Shown here one piece after another: positions 12,601 to 24,458 of a stretch of 64,000 bases of DNA. The translations under genes and the position numbers were made by a program. Numbering within the stretch: the stretch's first letter is position 1; the number at the start of each line of letters is the position of its first letter. This DNA comes from Mytilus edulis. Taxonomy: Eukaryota. A model generated the notes under the pieces. That model made no database searches, was not told where the DNA came from, and was given only the letters and a program-made list of their open reading frames with translations. Location of the stretch: NCBI RefSeq assembly GCF_963676685.1, contig NC_092344.1, positions 120,342,001-120,406,000 on the forward strand, in the 5' to 3' direction.

Positions 12601-15600
12601 TCTGACAGGCTTCTGAGACAAGTGCCTGTGATTGGATATCTAGAATAGTTGTACGGTGTACATGTTCGTCTGACAGGCTTCTGAGACAAGTGCCTGTGAT
12701 TGGATATCTAGAATAGTTGTACGGTGTACATGTTCGTCTGACAGGCTTCTGAGACAAGTGCCTGTGATTGGATATCTAGAATAGTTGTACGGTGTACATG
12801 TTCGTCTGACAGGCTTCTGAGACAAGTGCCTGTGATTGGATATCTAGAATAGTTGTACGGTGAACATGCTCGTCTGACAGGCTTCTGAGACAAGTGCCTG
12901 TGATTGGATATCTAGAATAGTTGTACGGTGAACATGCTCGTCTGACAGGCTTCTGAGACAAGTGCCTGTGATTGGATATCTAGAATAGTTGTACGGTGTA
13001 CATGTTCGTCTGACAGGCTTCTGAGACAAGTGCCTGTGATTGGATATCTAGAATAGTTGTACGGTGAACATGCTCGTCTGACAGGCTTCTGAGACAAGTG
13101 CCTGTGATTGGATATCTAGAATAGTTGTACGGTGTACATGTTCGTCTGACAGGCTTCTGAGACAAGTGCCTGTGATTGGATATCTAGAATAGTTGTACGG
13201 TGAACATGTTCGTCTGACAGGCTTCTGAGACAAGTGCCTGTGATTGGATATCTAGAATAGTTGTACGGTGTACATGCTCGTCTGACAGACTTCTGAGACA
13301 AGTGCATGTGATTGGATATCTAGAATAGTTGTACGGTGTACATGCTCGTCTGACAGGCTTCTGAGACAAGTGCCTGTGATTGGATATCTAGAATAGTTGT
13401 ACGGTGAACATGTTCGTCTGACAGGCTTCTGAGACAAGTGCCTGTGATTGGATATCTAGAATAGTTGTACGGTGTACATGCTCGTCTGACAGACTTCTGA
13501 GACAAGTGCATGTGATTGGATATCTAGAATAGTTGTACGGTGTACATGCTCGTCTGACAGGCTTCTGAGACAAGTGCCTGTGATTGGATATCTAGAATAG
13601 TTGTACGGAGTACATGTTCGTCTGACACGCTTCTGAGACAAGTGCCTGTGATTGGATATCTAGAATAGTTGTACGGTGAACATGCTCGTCTGACAGGCTT
13701 CTGAGACAAGTGCCTGTGATTGGATATCTAGAATAGTTGTACGGTGAACATGCTCGTCTGACAGGCTTCTGAGACAAGTGCCTGTGATTGGATATCTAGA
13801 ATAGTTGTACGGTGTACATGTTCGTTTGACAGGATTCTGAGACAAGTGCCTGTGATTGGATATCCATCTTCCATTCTACAGGTGAAATGTGTTCGGTGTT
13901 TAGAATGATTGCAAGATGTACATGAACACTTTGAAACATTGCACTTTAAAGAATCATCTGGAGGCTGTTTGTTCTCTTATTCAATATTTGGGTTTTTTTC
14001 AAAATTTAACAAAAAATTCCAAACTCAATTGGGCAACATTTTTTCTTATTGGAGCAAAACAAAATGAAATTGATTGTCAAAGTTCGTATTCTGTGTAGAT
14101 ATAGATCTAAATTTTTTAAATAGTTTATTTGTACCAGAGATAAGTAAGTATAACTCAAGTGGACTATATTTTTTTATTTTCAGTGCTGTTTGGTGACGAG
14201 GAAATAGCAAAGCAGATCATGGAAGAAACGAAACCTTTGAAAATGAAACGTCTTGGAAGAAAAGTGAAAAATTTTGATGCAGAAAAATGGGGAAATAAAT
14301 GTATAGAGGTGGTAACAAATGGAAATATGGCAAAAGTGAGTGTTTCATGTTTGTACAAAGTAAACAAAACAAAAAAGGGGTAACTAAACTACATAACACT
14401 GTCTAGATAAATAGAAAAAAAGACCAACACTTATCAACAGAAACAAAATACAGGAAACTTAACACCATTGAAAATTAGTTGAACTCGGGTTCTTAAGAAA
14501 GGAAGACTTATGCACCCACGGTAGTGGCATTCGTGGTATGACAAGAAATTAAAATGTATTATCGATGTTATTTAAACAGCATTCAACAATAGATTAAATC
14601 GTATTTCAGCTTTAATTGGATATATGGTCACATTGATAAGTGGAAGGAAGAAGCCCTATTGATTTTGAGGTTACCATGTAAAACATCAAATCATGGGTAC
14701 TTAAGAAAAGACCAAAATGTTTGCTGAAAAGTGTTTTCCGAATACAAAATCAAATACAACATATTTGACTGCAACCTTACTGGAATAGATGGTCATATAT
14801 AATAAATGAATACAGATCCATTAATTATCAAGTTATTTTGGGGTTGTTAAATCAAAATTGGCATATGGGATTGCAACCTTTCTTTTATAAATGGTCCTAT
14901 ATTATGAGAAGAAGCTTCTTTGTCATTTTGTTTTCAATACCTTAGTGGTTAAGGTAAAATTTTACTAGAATTAGACCATCATTTGTTAAGAACAAAAACT
15001 GATTTCAGTTGCTAAATCAAATACTAGTAATATGGATGGGGTTGAAATAACACGACATGTGACACATGTGGAGCAGGATCTGTTTTCCCTTCCGGAGCAC
15101 CTGAGAGCACCCAAGTTTTTGGAGGGGTTTTGTTGCTTATTCTTTAGTTTTCTGTGTTGTGTTTTGTGTACTATTGTGTGTTTGTCTGTTGGTTTTGTTC
15201 CTTTTTAGCCATAGTGTTGTCAGTTTGTTTTTTCGACTTTGAATTTGAATGTCCCTCTAGTATCTTCCGTCTCTCTTGAATAAGAATGAAAACATATACT
15301 TACATATAATGAAAGTTCAAAACTAGTATATAATGAGTAATAGTGAGTGTTAGTGGTACTGATTGACAAAACATTGTAAATGAATTAATGACATCATTTC
15401 CATAAAATTTTATATTTCAGTTCTCTCAGAATTATCTTCTGGAAAAAAGCCTATTTGATACACATCCCAAAATAATGGCGGAAGCTAGTCCACGTGATTG
15501 TTTGTGGGGTATAGGACTTGGTGCTGGTAATGAAAAGGCTTGGAATGTCAGGTCATGGAGAGGAAGGAACCTTCTAGGCTTTACTCTAATGGATGTAAGG

Positions 15601-15636
15601 GAAACGCTAATGAGGCAAAAAGGACATATTAAATAA
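6652..15636 (+). CDS. NADAR paralog B, ~725 aa; exons 6652-6673 (inferred), 9997-11784, 14184-14335, 15421-15636
   Basis: Spliced product contains SPFSQFH..CAEQYMMHQKA|VLFGDEEIA..KRLGRKVKNFD..W..GNMAK|FSQN..EASPRDCLWGIGL..WRGRNLLG..VRETL. All junctions are GT/AG with consistent phase. The 22-nt first exon (MGTKRQR, donor AG|GTACAA) is phase-compatible but less certain. Confidence 0.88.
8160..8988 (+). mobile_element. 3' fragment of a non-LTR retrotransposon (CCHC knuckle, (ATTC)n tail)
   Basis: Disrupted frame reading CTLCNKQSFDIVKHLIIEC followed by ORF 8509-8775; ends aataaagattcattcattcattca. Confidence 0.55.
9181..9575. mobile_element. TTAA-flanked MITE (Kolobok-like)
   Basis: TTAA-ggaagct ... 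gaactccc-TTAA imperfect inverted termini. Confidence 0.4.
12033..12325. repeat. Interspersed repeat (aagagggacgaaagatacc family); inverted copy at ~15050-15277, fragment at ~44728-44767
   Basis: Clear reverse-complement similarity between the copies. Confidence 0.75.
12563..13864. repeat. 68-bp minisatellite, 19 copies, in intron 2 of NADAR B
   Basis: Unit attggatatctagaatagttgtacggtgtacatgttcgtctgacaggcttctgagacaagtgcctgtg, nearly identical copies. Confidence 0.97.
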
Positions 15637-16412
15637 GATCGTTTATACATGGAAAAGAAGTTAAATGGAAACTTAAAAGACTTGTTTACAGCATATGAAA
15701 CCTAAATTATGTAGATTATGGAATTGTCTTTTTGTTGAAACAAAGTTATTGTCTATTTCTTTGATAATCAGTAAAGATTCGATGTTTACTTGACAGATTA
15801 AGGATTAATTCATCATAAATTATTTTGTGTATTTAGTATGAAAGTATCTGCTGTCATTATAGATTATTATTTGTTCAAAGACTGGTAAAATCTGTTAAAA
15901 TTGTCTGTGTACAAACATTGCTGTTGAATATATTGTTACATGTTGGGGTTTTTTTTGGTTTTTTTTTTTACAAATCCTTGAATAATAATGTTTCGTTTAA
16001 AAAAAACTTAGATAAAAGTCTAAACGTTGTTGTTTACTTACCATTTCTATAAATATTGACTATTGTTACATTTCTTTTACAAATTATTATTAAAAAAAAA
16101 TGTTTTACAAATCCTTAGATAAGAGTCTATGCTAAGTTGTTTACCAAGGTGTCACATGTCTATGTATTTGTTTTCTTTATCATTAAAACATCTTGATCAC
16201 ATTTGTTGAGTTTGTTCTAACAGTGACCTTCTTCAGTAATTTATTTTTAAAAAAATGATGTTAATTGAATTGAATAAATCCTATAATTTTAAGTCAGGAA
16301 TATAGTTGCTAACATCTACGTCATTTGGTCTCTTGTGGATAGGTTTCCAATTACAATCCTTCCAATTCTCCTTATTTTATATTTTTAACCAAACCACATT
16401 TTGTGTGTGCAT

Positions 16413-17668
16413 GTGTAAGTGATAAATTTGTCCTGGTAAAATATGTCTGGGCGGACAAATATTACCAGTATAAAAAGTCTATGGTTACAGAATTTACTAG
16501 TATATTTAGTCTGGTGTTAGTAATATATGTCCCCAGACTTATTTTCCTAGATAATCATGTCCTATAAAATCCTATAATAAATTCAATTATATTTAAACAA
16601 TGGATTTTAAATGTTATGTTTTAATAATGTTTAAGAGTTGCATAGTTATATTTTTGATAAAATTTATGTTCCCAGACTAATTTCCCTAGGAAATCATGTC
16701 CATGTCATTAATAGTCCTATGTTAAAATGGTCATGCCCTTAGTTTTAAAAGATGAAAATGAATGCGTTTTAATATTCATATTGTTAAAGCAGAACAAAAG
16801 AGTTGTGCATCAATATTTTCAATAAAATTTGTCTCCAGACTAATTTTCCTAGGAAATCATGTCCATATGTCATTAATAGTTCTAGGTTAAAATGTCCATG
16901 CCCTTAATTTTAAAAGGTAAGTGTAAATGATTGGTTATATTGCGGGAATTTCTCGCTACATTGAAGACCTGTTGGAGACCTTCTGCTGTTGTTTTTTCTA
17001 TGGTCGGGTTGTTGTCTCTTTGACACATTCCCCGTTTCCATTCTCAATTTTATAATATTGTTGAAGAGTTGTGCATCAATTTTTTAAATAAAATTTATGT
17101 CCCCAGACTAATTTCCCTAGGAAATCATGTCCATGTCATTAGTAATAGTATTCCTAGGTAAAAATGTCCATGGCCTTAGTTTTTAAAGATGATTATGAAT
17201 GCAATATGTTTAAGACAGAACAAAAGAGTTGTGCATCAATTTTTTTGATAAAATTTGTATCCAGACTAATTTTCCTAGGAAATCATGTCCATGTCATTAG
17301 TATTTCTAGGTAAAAATGTCCATGTCTTTTATTATAAAAGGAAAATGTTATAAGCAATGGAAACTCAATATTCATGTTTTAATTAGGTTATAAATAAATA
17401 AAGGAAATGTCCAATCTTAACTAAGATTTATTTTCCTACTATTTAGAATATTTTTATGATATAATAAAACTTTTAGAAAAACAAATCTTTGGACAATTTT
17501 TCCTAGGAAAACAAGTACCAGACAAATTTTACTAGCTATGGACTAAGTTTCCTAGGAACATTTGTCCTAGGACTTATATTCCTAGTAAAATCATGAACAT
17601 GGACTCTATTAACTAGGAAAAAAGTCTTGCAGACAAATTTTACTACCGGACCAAATTTACTGTTACAC
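16413..17668. mobile_element. Non-autonomous TIR element with internal tandem subrepeats and a nested short repeat (~16942-17053)
   Basis: Termini gtgtaa..aaatttg / caaattt..ttacac; five copies of ccagact(a/t)att(t)cctag..atcatgtcc. Confidence 0.55.
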
Positions 17669-18751
17669 TTGTCCCAAGTGTCGATCTTGTAAATCATTGG
17701 TTGCTGTTTGTCATTTTTGTGTCTAGGAAGTTAACAGACAATATTGAGGTATTGTATTTTTCATTTTGTCTGGCCTGCCACAGTATGCGATACTGAGGTT
17801 TTTTTCTCACTTGTTATGAGTAATGTATAAGTTACTATATTTGGTCTACAGGTTCCATGCAAAGTTTAAAAGTCCGTCAGACTGGTTTCAATTGACCTCG
17901 ACCTCATTTCAAGGATCAGTAATCAAGGTAAAAGTTGTGCGATTAGGTTCATTTCTCTACACTGTGCATTATGTTTAATAGGGCCGTTTAATAGATTAGA
18001 AAAAATAGATATGGGGGTATTCATCCATGACATAAAATCAGTACATGCACAGCAAAAAAACGCAAAAAAATCAATTTAATTGCTTTTCTTCATCTCAAAG
18101 TCACAGCGAGGCCTTCAACACGCACTTGTCTTTGAAACTGTTTAACATATAGACATAATTAAACATTAACATTAAAGTATATAGATGGATTTGTGAACTG
18201 GTAAACGTGTGCTTCACCACGGAGCAAAAAAAGCTATCACCTCAATGTAAGTTTAAGACGGCTCCTAGAACCGGAGCAGATTTCTTATCAAACTGAAACA
18301 ATTCGGGTAGACTTTGGCGTAAACAATATTTTATTATGAATTATACAAGTACATTTTATATACACATTCACGATGAGGATCTAGAAACAATCAACAAGTG
18401 CTTTAAGTTATGTTAATTTGTCTTCCGGGTAGACTTTGTTTGATGTAATACCACACAATCGGTTCCGGTTAAAAAGAACATACTGAAAAGAGTCAAAATC
18501 GTTCCTACGCATAGCCTGGCGTTATACCACACTATGTAGAATATGTTTATTGGTAATTTAGGATCAACTGAACTGGTGATCATTGTAAAACACCTTTTCG
18601 ACTGATAATTTTGATTTATACAAAAATGTATGAATTAATCTAAAAAGGAGGCCATTTTAATCCTTTACGCGGAATGCATCAATGTCTTGACAGTGTAAGA
18701 TCCCTCAAGTTCACATAGAACAATTTAAAAAATATGATGAGTTAAGATCTA

Positions 18752-19112
18752 GCTCCCTCGCTCTCTTCCTCTATTATCTCATGAATCTCTCGCTCCCTCG
18801 TTCTCGTCTATTATCTCATCTCTCGCTCGCTTGTTCTCGACTATTATCTCATCTCTCGCTCGCTCCCTCGTTCTCTTTTTCTATTCTCTTATCTCTCGCT
18901 CCCTCGTTCTCTTTTTCTATTCTCTCATCTCTCGCTCCCTCGTTCTCTTCCTCTTTAATCTCATCTCTCACTCCCTCGTTATCTTCCTCTTTAATCTCAT
19001 CTATCGCTCCCTCGTTCTCTTCCTCTTTAATCTCATCTATCGCTCCCTCGTTCTCTTCCTCTTTAATCTCATCTCTCGCTCCCTCGTTCTCTTCCTTTAT
19101 TATCTCATCTCT
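18752..19112. repeat. 36/39-bp tandem repeat overlapping the end of NADAR exon C
   Basis: Unit ctcatctctcgctccctcgttctcttcctctttaat, about 10 copies, extending past the stop codon. Confidence 0.9.
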
Positions 19113-19289
19113 CACTTTCGTCAAAGCTTGTCCAAGTAAATTCAGTCCTTTCCATGTTGACCTGTCCCAAGCCAAGGGGTCATTTTTATGAAGTCCAATA
19201 CCCCATATCTTGTCATGTGGACTGGTCTCCACAATAGTTTTAGGATGAGTCTCAACAATATTTGCCTTAAGTACTGCATTCTGAGAGAA
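18849..19289 (-). CDS. NADAR locus C: isolated terminal exon (C-terminal half of the domain plus an EEENEGARDEIK repeat tail)
   Basis: Acceptor tttcag|TTC TCT CAG; FSQNAVLK..VETSPHDKIWGIGL..WKGLNLLGQALTKVRDEI. Matching upstream exons are not found in the sequenced DNA. Confidence 0.75.
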   Translation of the reverse strand, partial: FSQNAVLKANIVETHPKTIVETSPHDKIWGIGLHKNDPLAWDRSTWKGLNLLGQALTKVRDEIIKEENEGARDEIKEEENEGAIDEIKEEENEGAIDEIKEEDNEGVRDEIKEEENEGARDERIEKENEGARDKRIEKENEGASER

Positions 19290-19301
19290 CTGAAACACAA
19301 A

Positions 19302-20074
19302 CAAACTAGAGGCTTTAAAGAGCCTGTGTCGCTCACCTTGGTCTATGAAGGACACATATGGATTCATGACAAAACTGTGTTTGTAGATCTTACTTAACTG
19401 AACATTCTTGCTACTTACAATTTTCTCTATCTATAATAAACTTGGCCCTTTAGATACAGAGGAAATTATTTTGTAAAAATTTACAAAACTTTACAAAATT
19501 AATGAAAATTGTTAAATATTGACTATAAAGGCCAATAACTCCTTCAGGGTCAACTGACCATTTTGGTTATGTTGACTTATTTTAGATCTTACTTTGCTGA
19601 ACATTATTGCTGTTTACAGTTTATCTCTATCTAGAACAGTATTCAAAATAATGACCAAAAACTTTCTTTAAAAATTACCAATTTGAGGGGCAGCAACCCA
19701 ACAACCAGTTGTCCCATTCATCTGAAAATTTCAGGATAGATAGTTATTGACTTGACAAACAGGTGAACTTCTTGTCAGATTTGCTCTAAATGCTTCGGTT
19801 TCAGAGTTATAAGCCAAAATCTACATTTTACCCCTATGTTATATTTTTAGCCATGGCGGCCAACTTGGTTGGTTGGCCGGGTCATCGGGCACCTTTTTAA
19901 AACTAGATACCCAAATGATTATTGTGGCCAAGTTTGGTTAAATTTGGCCCAGTAGTTTCAGAGGAGAACATTTTTGTAAAAGTTAACGACGACGACGACG
20001 ACGACGACGACGGACGACGGACGCCAAGTGATGAGGAAATCTCACTTGGCCCTGTGGGCCAGGTGAGCTAAAAA
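19302..20074 (+). mobile_element. HINE/Helentron-like element; related terminus at 63911-64000 (inverted, partial)
   Basis: Starts aactagaggct..gtcgctcacct, has (GAC)n, and ends ctcacttggccc..gggccaggtgagctaaaaa with a hairpin. Confidence 0.7.
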
Positions 20075-20411
20075 GGTGCACACAAAAGTTTCATTTATGG
20101 TAAACATTCAATTAATATATTCATTTTCTTTCGAAAGAAATAAAACATGCTGTTTGTCAGTATATATAATATATTTAACTAAACCTTTTCTATAGATATT
20201 TTTTATCTACATCTACAAACGTTTTTATAATAACAGAGAATATATACAGAATTACATTTAACCAAATGAAGATATGCATCTCATTTTAATTTTGTGTTGA
20301 TTTTGATTGATTGCGCGAGCGAGTTGGTTTTCCCTCTTTCTGTGGGAGGGATCGGAACATAGAAAAAAATATTTAAATCTTTTCCACATATCTTTTATCA
20401 ACGAATCTAGT

Positions 20412-21785
20412 TTGAGGTTCAACATATGTAAACGATTGTAATGAGGTTATATTAACTCCTACACAAGTTCCGTTATAGCATGTGTATTTGGGTACCCCTG
20501 AAATTTCTCCGGATGAAATATTGTTCACTCCTTGAAATTTAGAATCACGTAGACGGTATAGGGAAAACGGTAGTATTTAATTTTCCCAGCATTAGGTTGG
20601 CCTTTTGTGTACCCAAGGCAGGTGAAGGAAGTCAAATTAGGAGCGCTGTGATTGGATGTAAGGGTACAATATATTTTTTATTTATCTATGAATAACTGCA
20701 GTGTGTATATTTATAATATAAATTTTAAAACCTATTGAAATATTTTCTAGAGAATTATTCGAAAAGACTTGCAAAATTTCATAAATTTGGTGCAAAATGA
20801 CGGTGGGCATGGATAACATAAACAAGCTCCGTTGGAAGTTGGTCATGATACTATTTGGCTTTAATTTTTAAAACAGAGTAATAAAGTACTAACACAACAT
20901 ATAACTGTTTTATCCAGGTTTTTATCTTAAAAAGTGGTAAATTTAGAAAATGTTAACATTGTCGCCAATGGCAGAATAAATAGTACCGTTTTCCCTATAG
21001 AAACATGGTTATCTCTGAACTTTTTTTACTGNNNNNNNNNNNNNNNNNNNNNNNNNNNNNNNNNNNNNNNNNNNNNNNNNNNNNNNNNNNNNNNNNNNNN
21101 NNNNNNNNNNNNNNNNNNNNNNNNNNNNNNNCCCAATTACCAGACGAGAATCGTTCAAAAAATTTCCCCAGAATATCCCTATTTCACTCGCACTCCTCCC
21201 CCATTTCCCCTGGCTTCAAGTCCTCTCATTACCATGATCCTTGTCAATCTCCTCATTTAAATTCAGTGAAAAACTTACAAACCTGTGCAGAAAATCATAC
21301 GTTGTACCAAGAGCATTCGCATTTCTCGAAAATGTATATATATATTGATTTTATGACACCATTCGTTTATATTACTGTCATTACTTCACAACTGTTGTTA
21401 ACCGAAACCGAAACTACAAATGAATATGAATATCAGCCAGCTTGGTTAAACCTCTTTACTCAATATCATTTACTATAAATAGTTCTTTAACTATTATTTT
21501 TTTGAATATTCATGAATATGAAAGATATTTATAGAAATTCAATTATATACCGCGAAATGTATAAAAGGATAAAAGAAACTTTAAAAAGTTCATCACATTT
21601 TGTTTGTGAGCGTATTAAACTAGGTCAATAAATTTAAAGACAAATGACAAATGAATTTCAAAAGTAATAAATTATGAGGCAGGTTGACAAGCCGTTGTCG
21701 CTAGGGTACAGGTTTTATTATTGTACAGCTATATTCCGGTCTACGATTAAGAGGGCATAGCGCATACAAACATGTTGAACCTCAA
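20412..21785. mobile_element. TIR element (ttgaggttcaacat termini) apparently spanning the assembly gap
   Basis: ttgaggttcaacat at 20412 and atgttgaacctcaa at 21772-21785; no TSD evident. Confidence 0.45.
21032..21131. other. Assembly gap (100 N, probably unsized)
   Basis: Run of N. Confidence 1.
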
Positions 21786-24458
21786 TCCAACCTATTTTTA
21801 ATGTGCCTATCCAATGCAAAGAGCCTGTAATGCATTGGTTGTCGTTGATTATTTTGTCTTCCGTAATAGTTTGAAATTGTTGCGGACATAAATACTATTT
21901 ACTGGTTTACTTTTTACAATTGTTTCACATTATGTCATCAATTTAAAAGCTGACTCTACGGTATGGGTTGTGCTCGTTATTTTAGGCAATTTAGTGAGCC
22001 GTGATTGCTACAATCTTTTATTTTGGTATACATAATCATCCGGGTGCGGGAGTTTCTCGCTGCATTGAAGGCCCATGTGTGGCCTCTGGCTGTTGTCTGC
22101 TAGATATGGTCGGGCTGTTGTCTCTTTGACACATTTCTCATTTCCAGTCTCAATTTTATAGGCAAAGAAAACATTATTTTAATTCAGGATAGTCGGTATA
22201 AAACATATAAACATAAGCTCAGTTTTGATGAGCTTTTTACCAGTTACATATTAGACAAATTAGACAAATTCAGTCAGCAGGGTTTAAGGATATTAGTTGT
22301 TCGGTCGGTTAGTCAAATGCGTTTTGTTCAAATAAACATTTTCACATTTTTGGAATAATGTTGTTTGTGCTGTATTAAGAACCCTCTAACAAGGTTTAGA
22401 ATGATTATGTATACAGATTGCGTTTTTTATCCAACGCAATCGTAGGTTTAAACGTTGTTATCAATTTAGACTTGTTAATGTTTTTTCGTTTATGCTTGTA
22501 TTATATTTGCCTTCGGGTTCATATGATCTGTTCATCCTATTTCGACCCTATCTTTCAAAATGCATGAATCTTTCCTAAATTGAGGCAAATTTTATGGCCT
22601 TCCAAATACCGTTTCGATTCCTAACATCACTGAAGAGACATTAATTGTCAAAATCCGGATATGGTGTACACATTTGCACCTCATTTGCACCTCATGTTTG
22701 TGGTTTACCATCTTTGCCGCAAGTTTATTTTTTCTGTTTGATATTAAATTAATATTAAAATCCATTTTTTTTACATCTTGTGATCAATTTATTTGGCAAT
22801 CGTCTTTTTGAAAATGTTGTTTGTGCAGTATTTAGACCCCTCTACAACGAAATTGTTTTACATGCACACATATAACAATTGCGGTTTTTATCCAACGCAA
22901 TCATAGGTTTGAACGTTGTTTTTAATTTAGACTTGTTTATATATAATGTTTTATATCAAATGTTTTAATGAACAGGAATGAGTGTTCAACTTCGTACTTT
23001 ATTTGGCCCTTTAGTTGATCGTTTCTGGTAAGTCTTTTGTAGACAAAACATGCGTCTGTCGTACATATCAAAAGGCTGGTATCTTTGGTGAGTTGTGTTT
23101 TTGCCACATTTTTGGCTATTATGTTTCATGGTCTATGTGTCCGACCGTCCGTCCCGCTTCAGGTTAAAGTTTTTAGTCAAGGCAGTTGTTGATGAAGTTG
23201 AAGTCCAATCAACTTGAAACTTGGTACACATGTTCCTTATTATATGATCTTACTAATTTATTGCCAAATTAGAGATTTTACCCCAATTTCACGGTCCACT
23301 GAACATAGAAATGATAGTGCGGATGGGGCATCCGTGTACTTGGGACACATTCTTGTTTTCATATGTATTCTACTGTAGTTCTGTAAATGTGTTTCACTAG
23401 AAGTACGTCAGTGTATGTATGGTGCAGTGATGGCTTTTACAATTGTCGTGGTTTATAATAATTCTATAAATCAACTAAAACACAAGTACAAATGTCGCAT
23501 TATTTATCTATTTTAAAAACTTTATTTCATATATTAAAGACATAAATAAACAGATCTATATTTAAAATTTGTACCCAATGTTTATCACAATAAAATGTTT
23601 AAATGTGATAAAAAACAAATATACATGTATAAAATGTTTAAAAAATGTATAAACCTCTTGGGAAGTATGATATGCTACATCATAAAAATTAATATAAATT
23701 TAAATTAAGTGTTATTAGATAAATAGATAGATGGATAAAAAAAAACAATTAAATTAAATTTCATAAATATAAACATTGTAAGTGATAAAAATAAATCGTA
23801 CTTAAAATTTAAAATGTAAAACGTGCGTTGCTCAAAACACTTTTAGGTAATAAATATTGTATAATAAGAATAATATCATATAATTTCAGTGCATTCCAAT
23901 CAGATATTAAAACGGACCGCGCGAATCTTGATGTTTTAAGTCAATCACATGATGTAACAAAATATAAATTTGAAAACACTTGTTTCTTTCTACTAACTAT
24001 TTTATGATTTTTGATAGAAATGGTGGATCTAGTGCTGCAATTATGATAATGTAAACCCTGTAAAGTGAAAGTTCAATTTCTCATTTCAATCGCTTTATGT
24101 TTCTGTTTAAATGTTTTCACAGGCTTTGTACCTTCGTTATTCCAGACTTGTTCTACGACTTTTTCGAATAACTATTTATGTGCTTTCTTCAATGTGTCTA
24201 GGAAGTATGCTTTATATCAAACAAATTAAAATCTGTATCCGTTATATAGAATCTCAATTCTGAATGCTCCATTGTTCTCAAAGTTAGTTTGCATTGATAA
24301 GATTAGGAATACATTTGCTGGTTCTTTGTCACACGTCGGTTATTTTTTCTGCTCTGCTGTTATTACTTAAACTTGTTTCTTCCTCGTCGACTTTTTTGGA
24401 ATCAGAATCTACTAATCTATTCATTGTATTTTCTGTCGTTCTATCTTCCTTCGTTTCT

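Noticed and set aside
12563-13864. CRISPR-like array, or a family of 61-aa ORFs
   Set aside because: No variable spacers, no cas genes, eukaryotic intron; the ORFs are repeat translations.
21270-21330. Possible first exon of locus C (aacttac donor on the minus strand)
   Set aside because: Falls inside the TIR element around the gap; no supporting similarity to the A/D leader.
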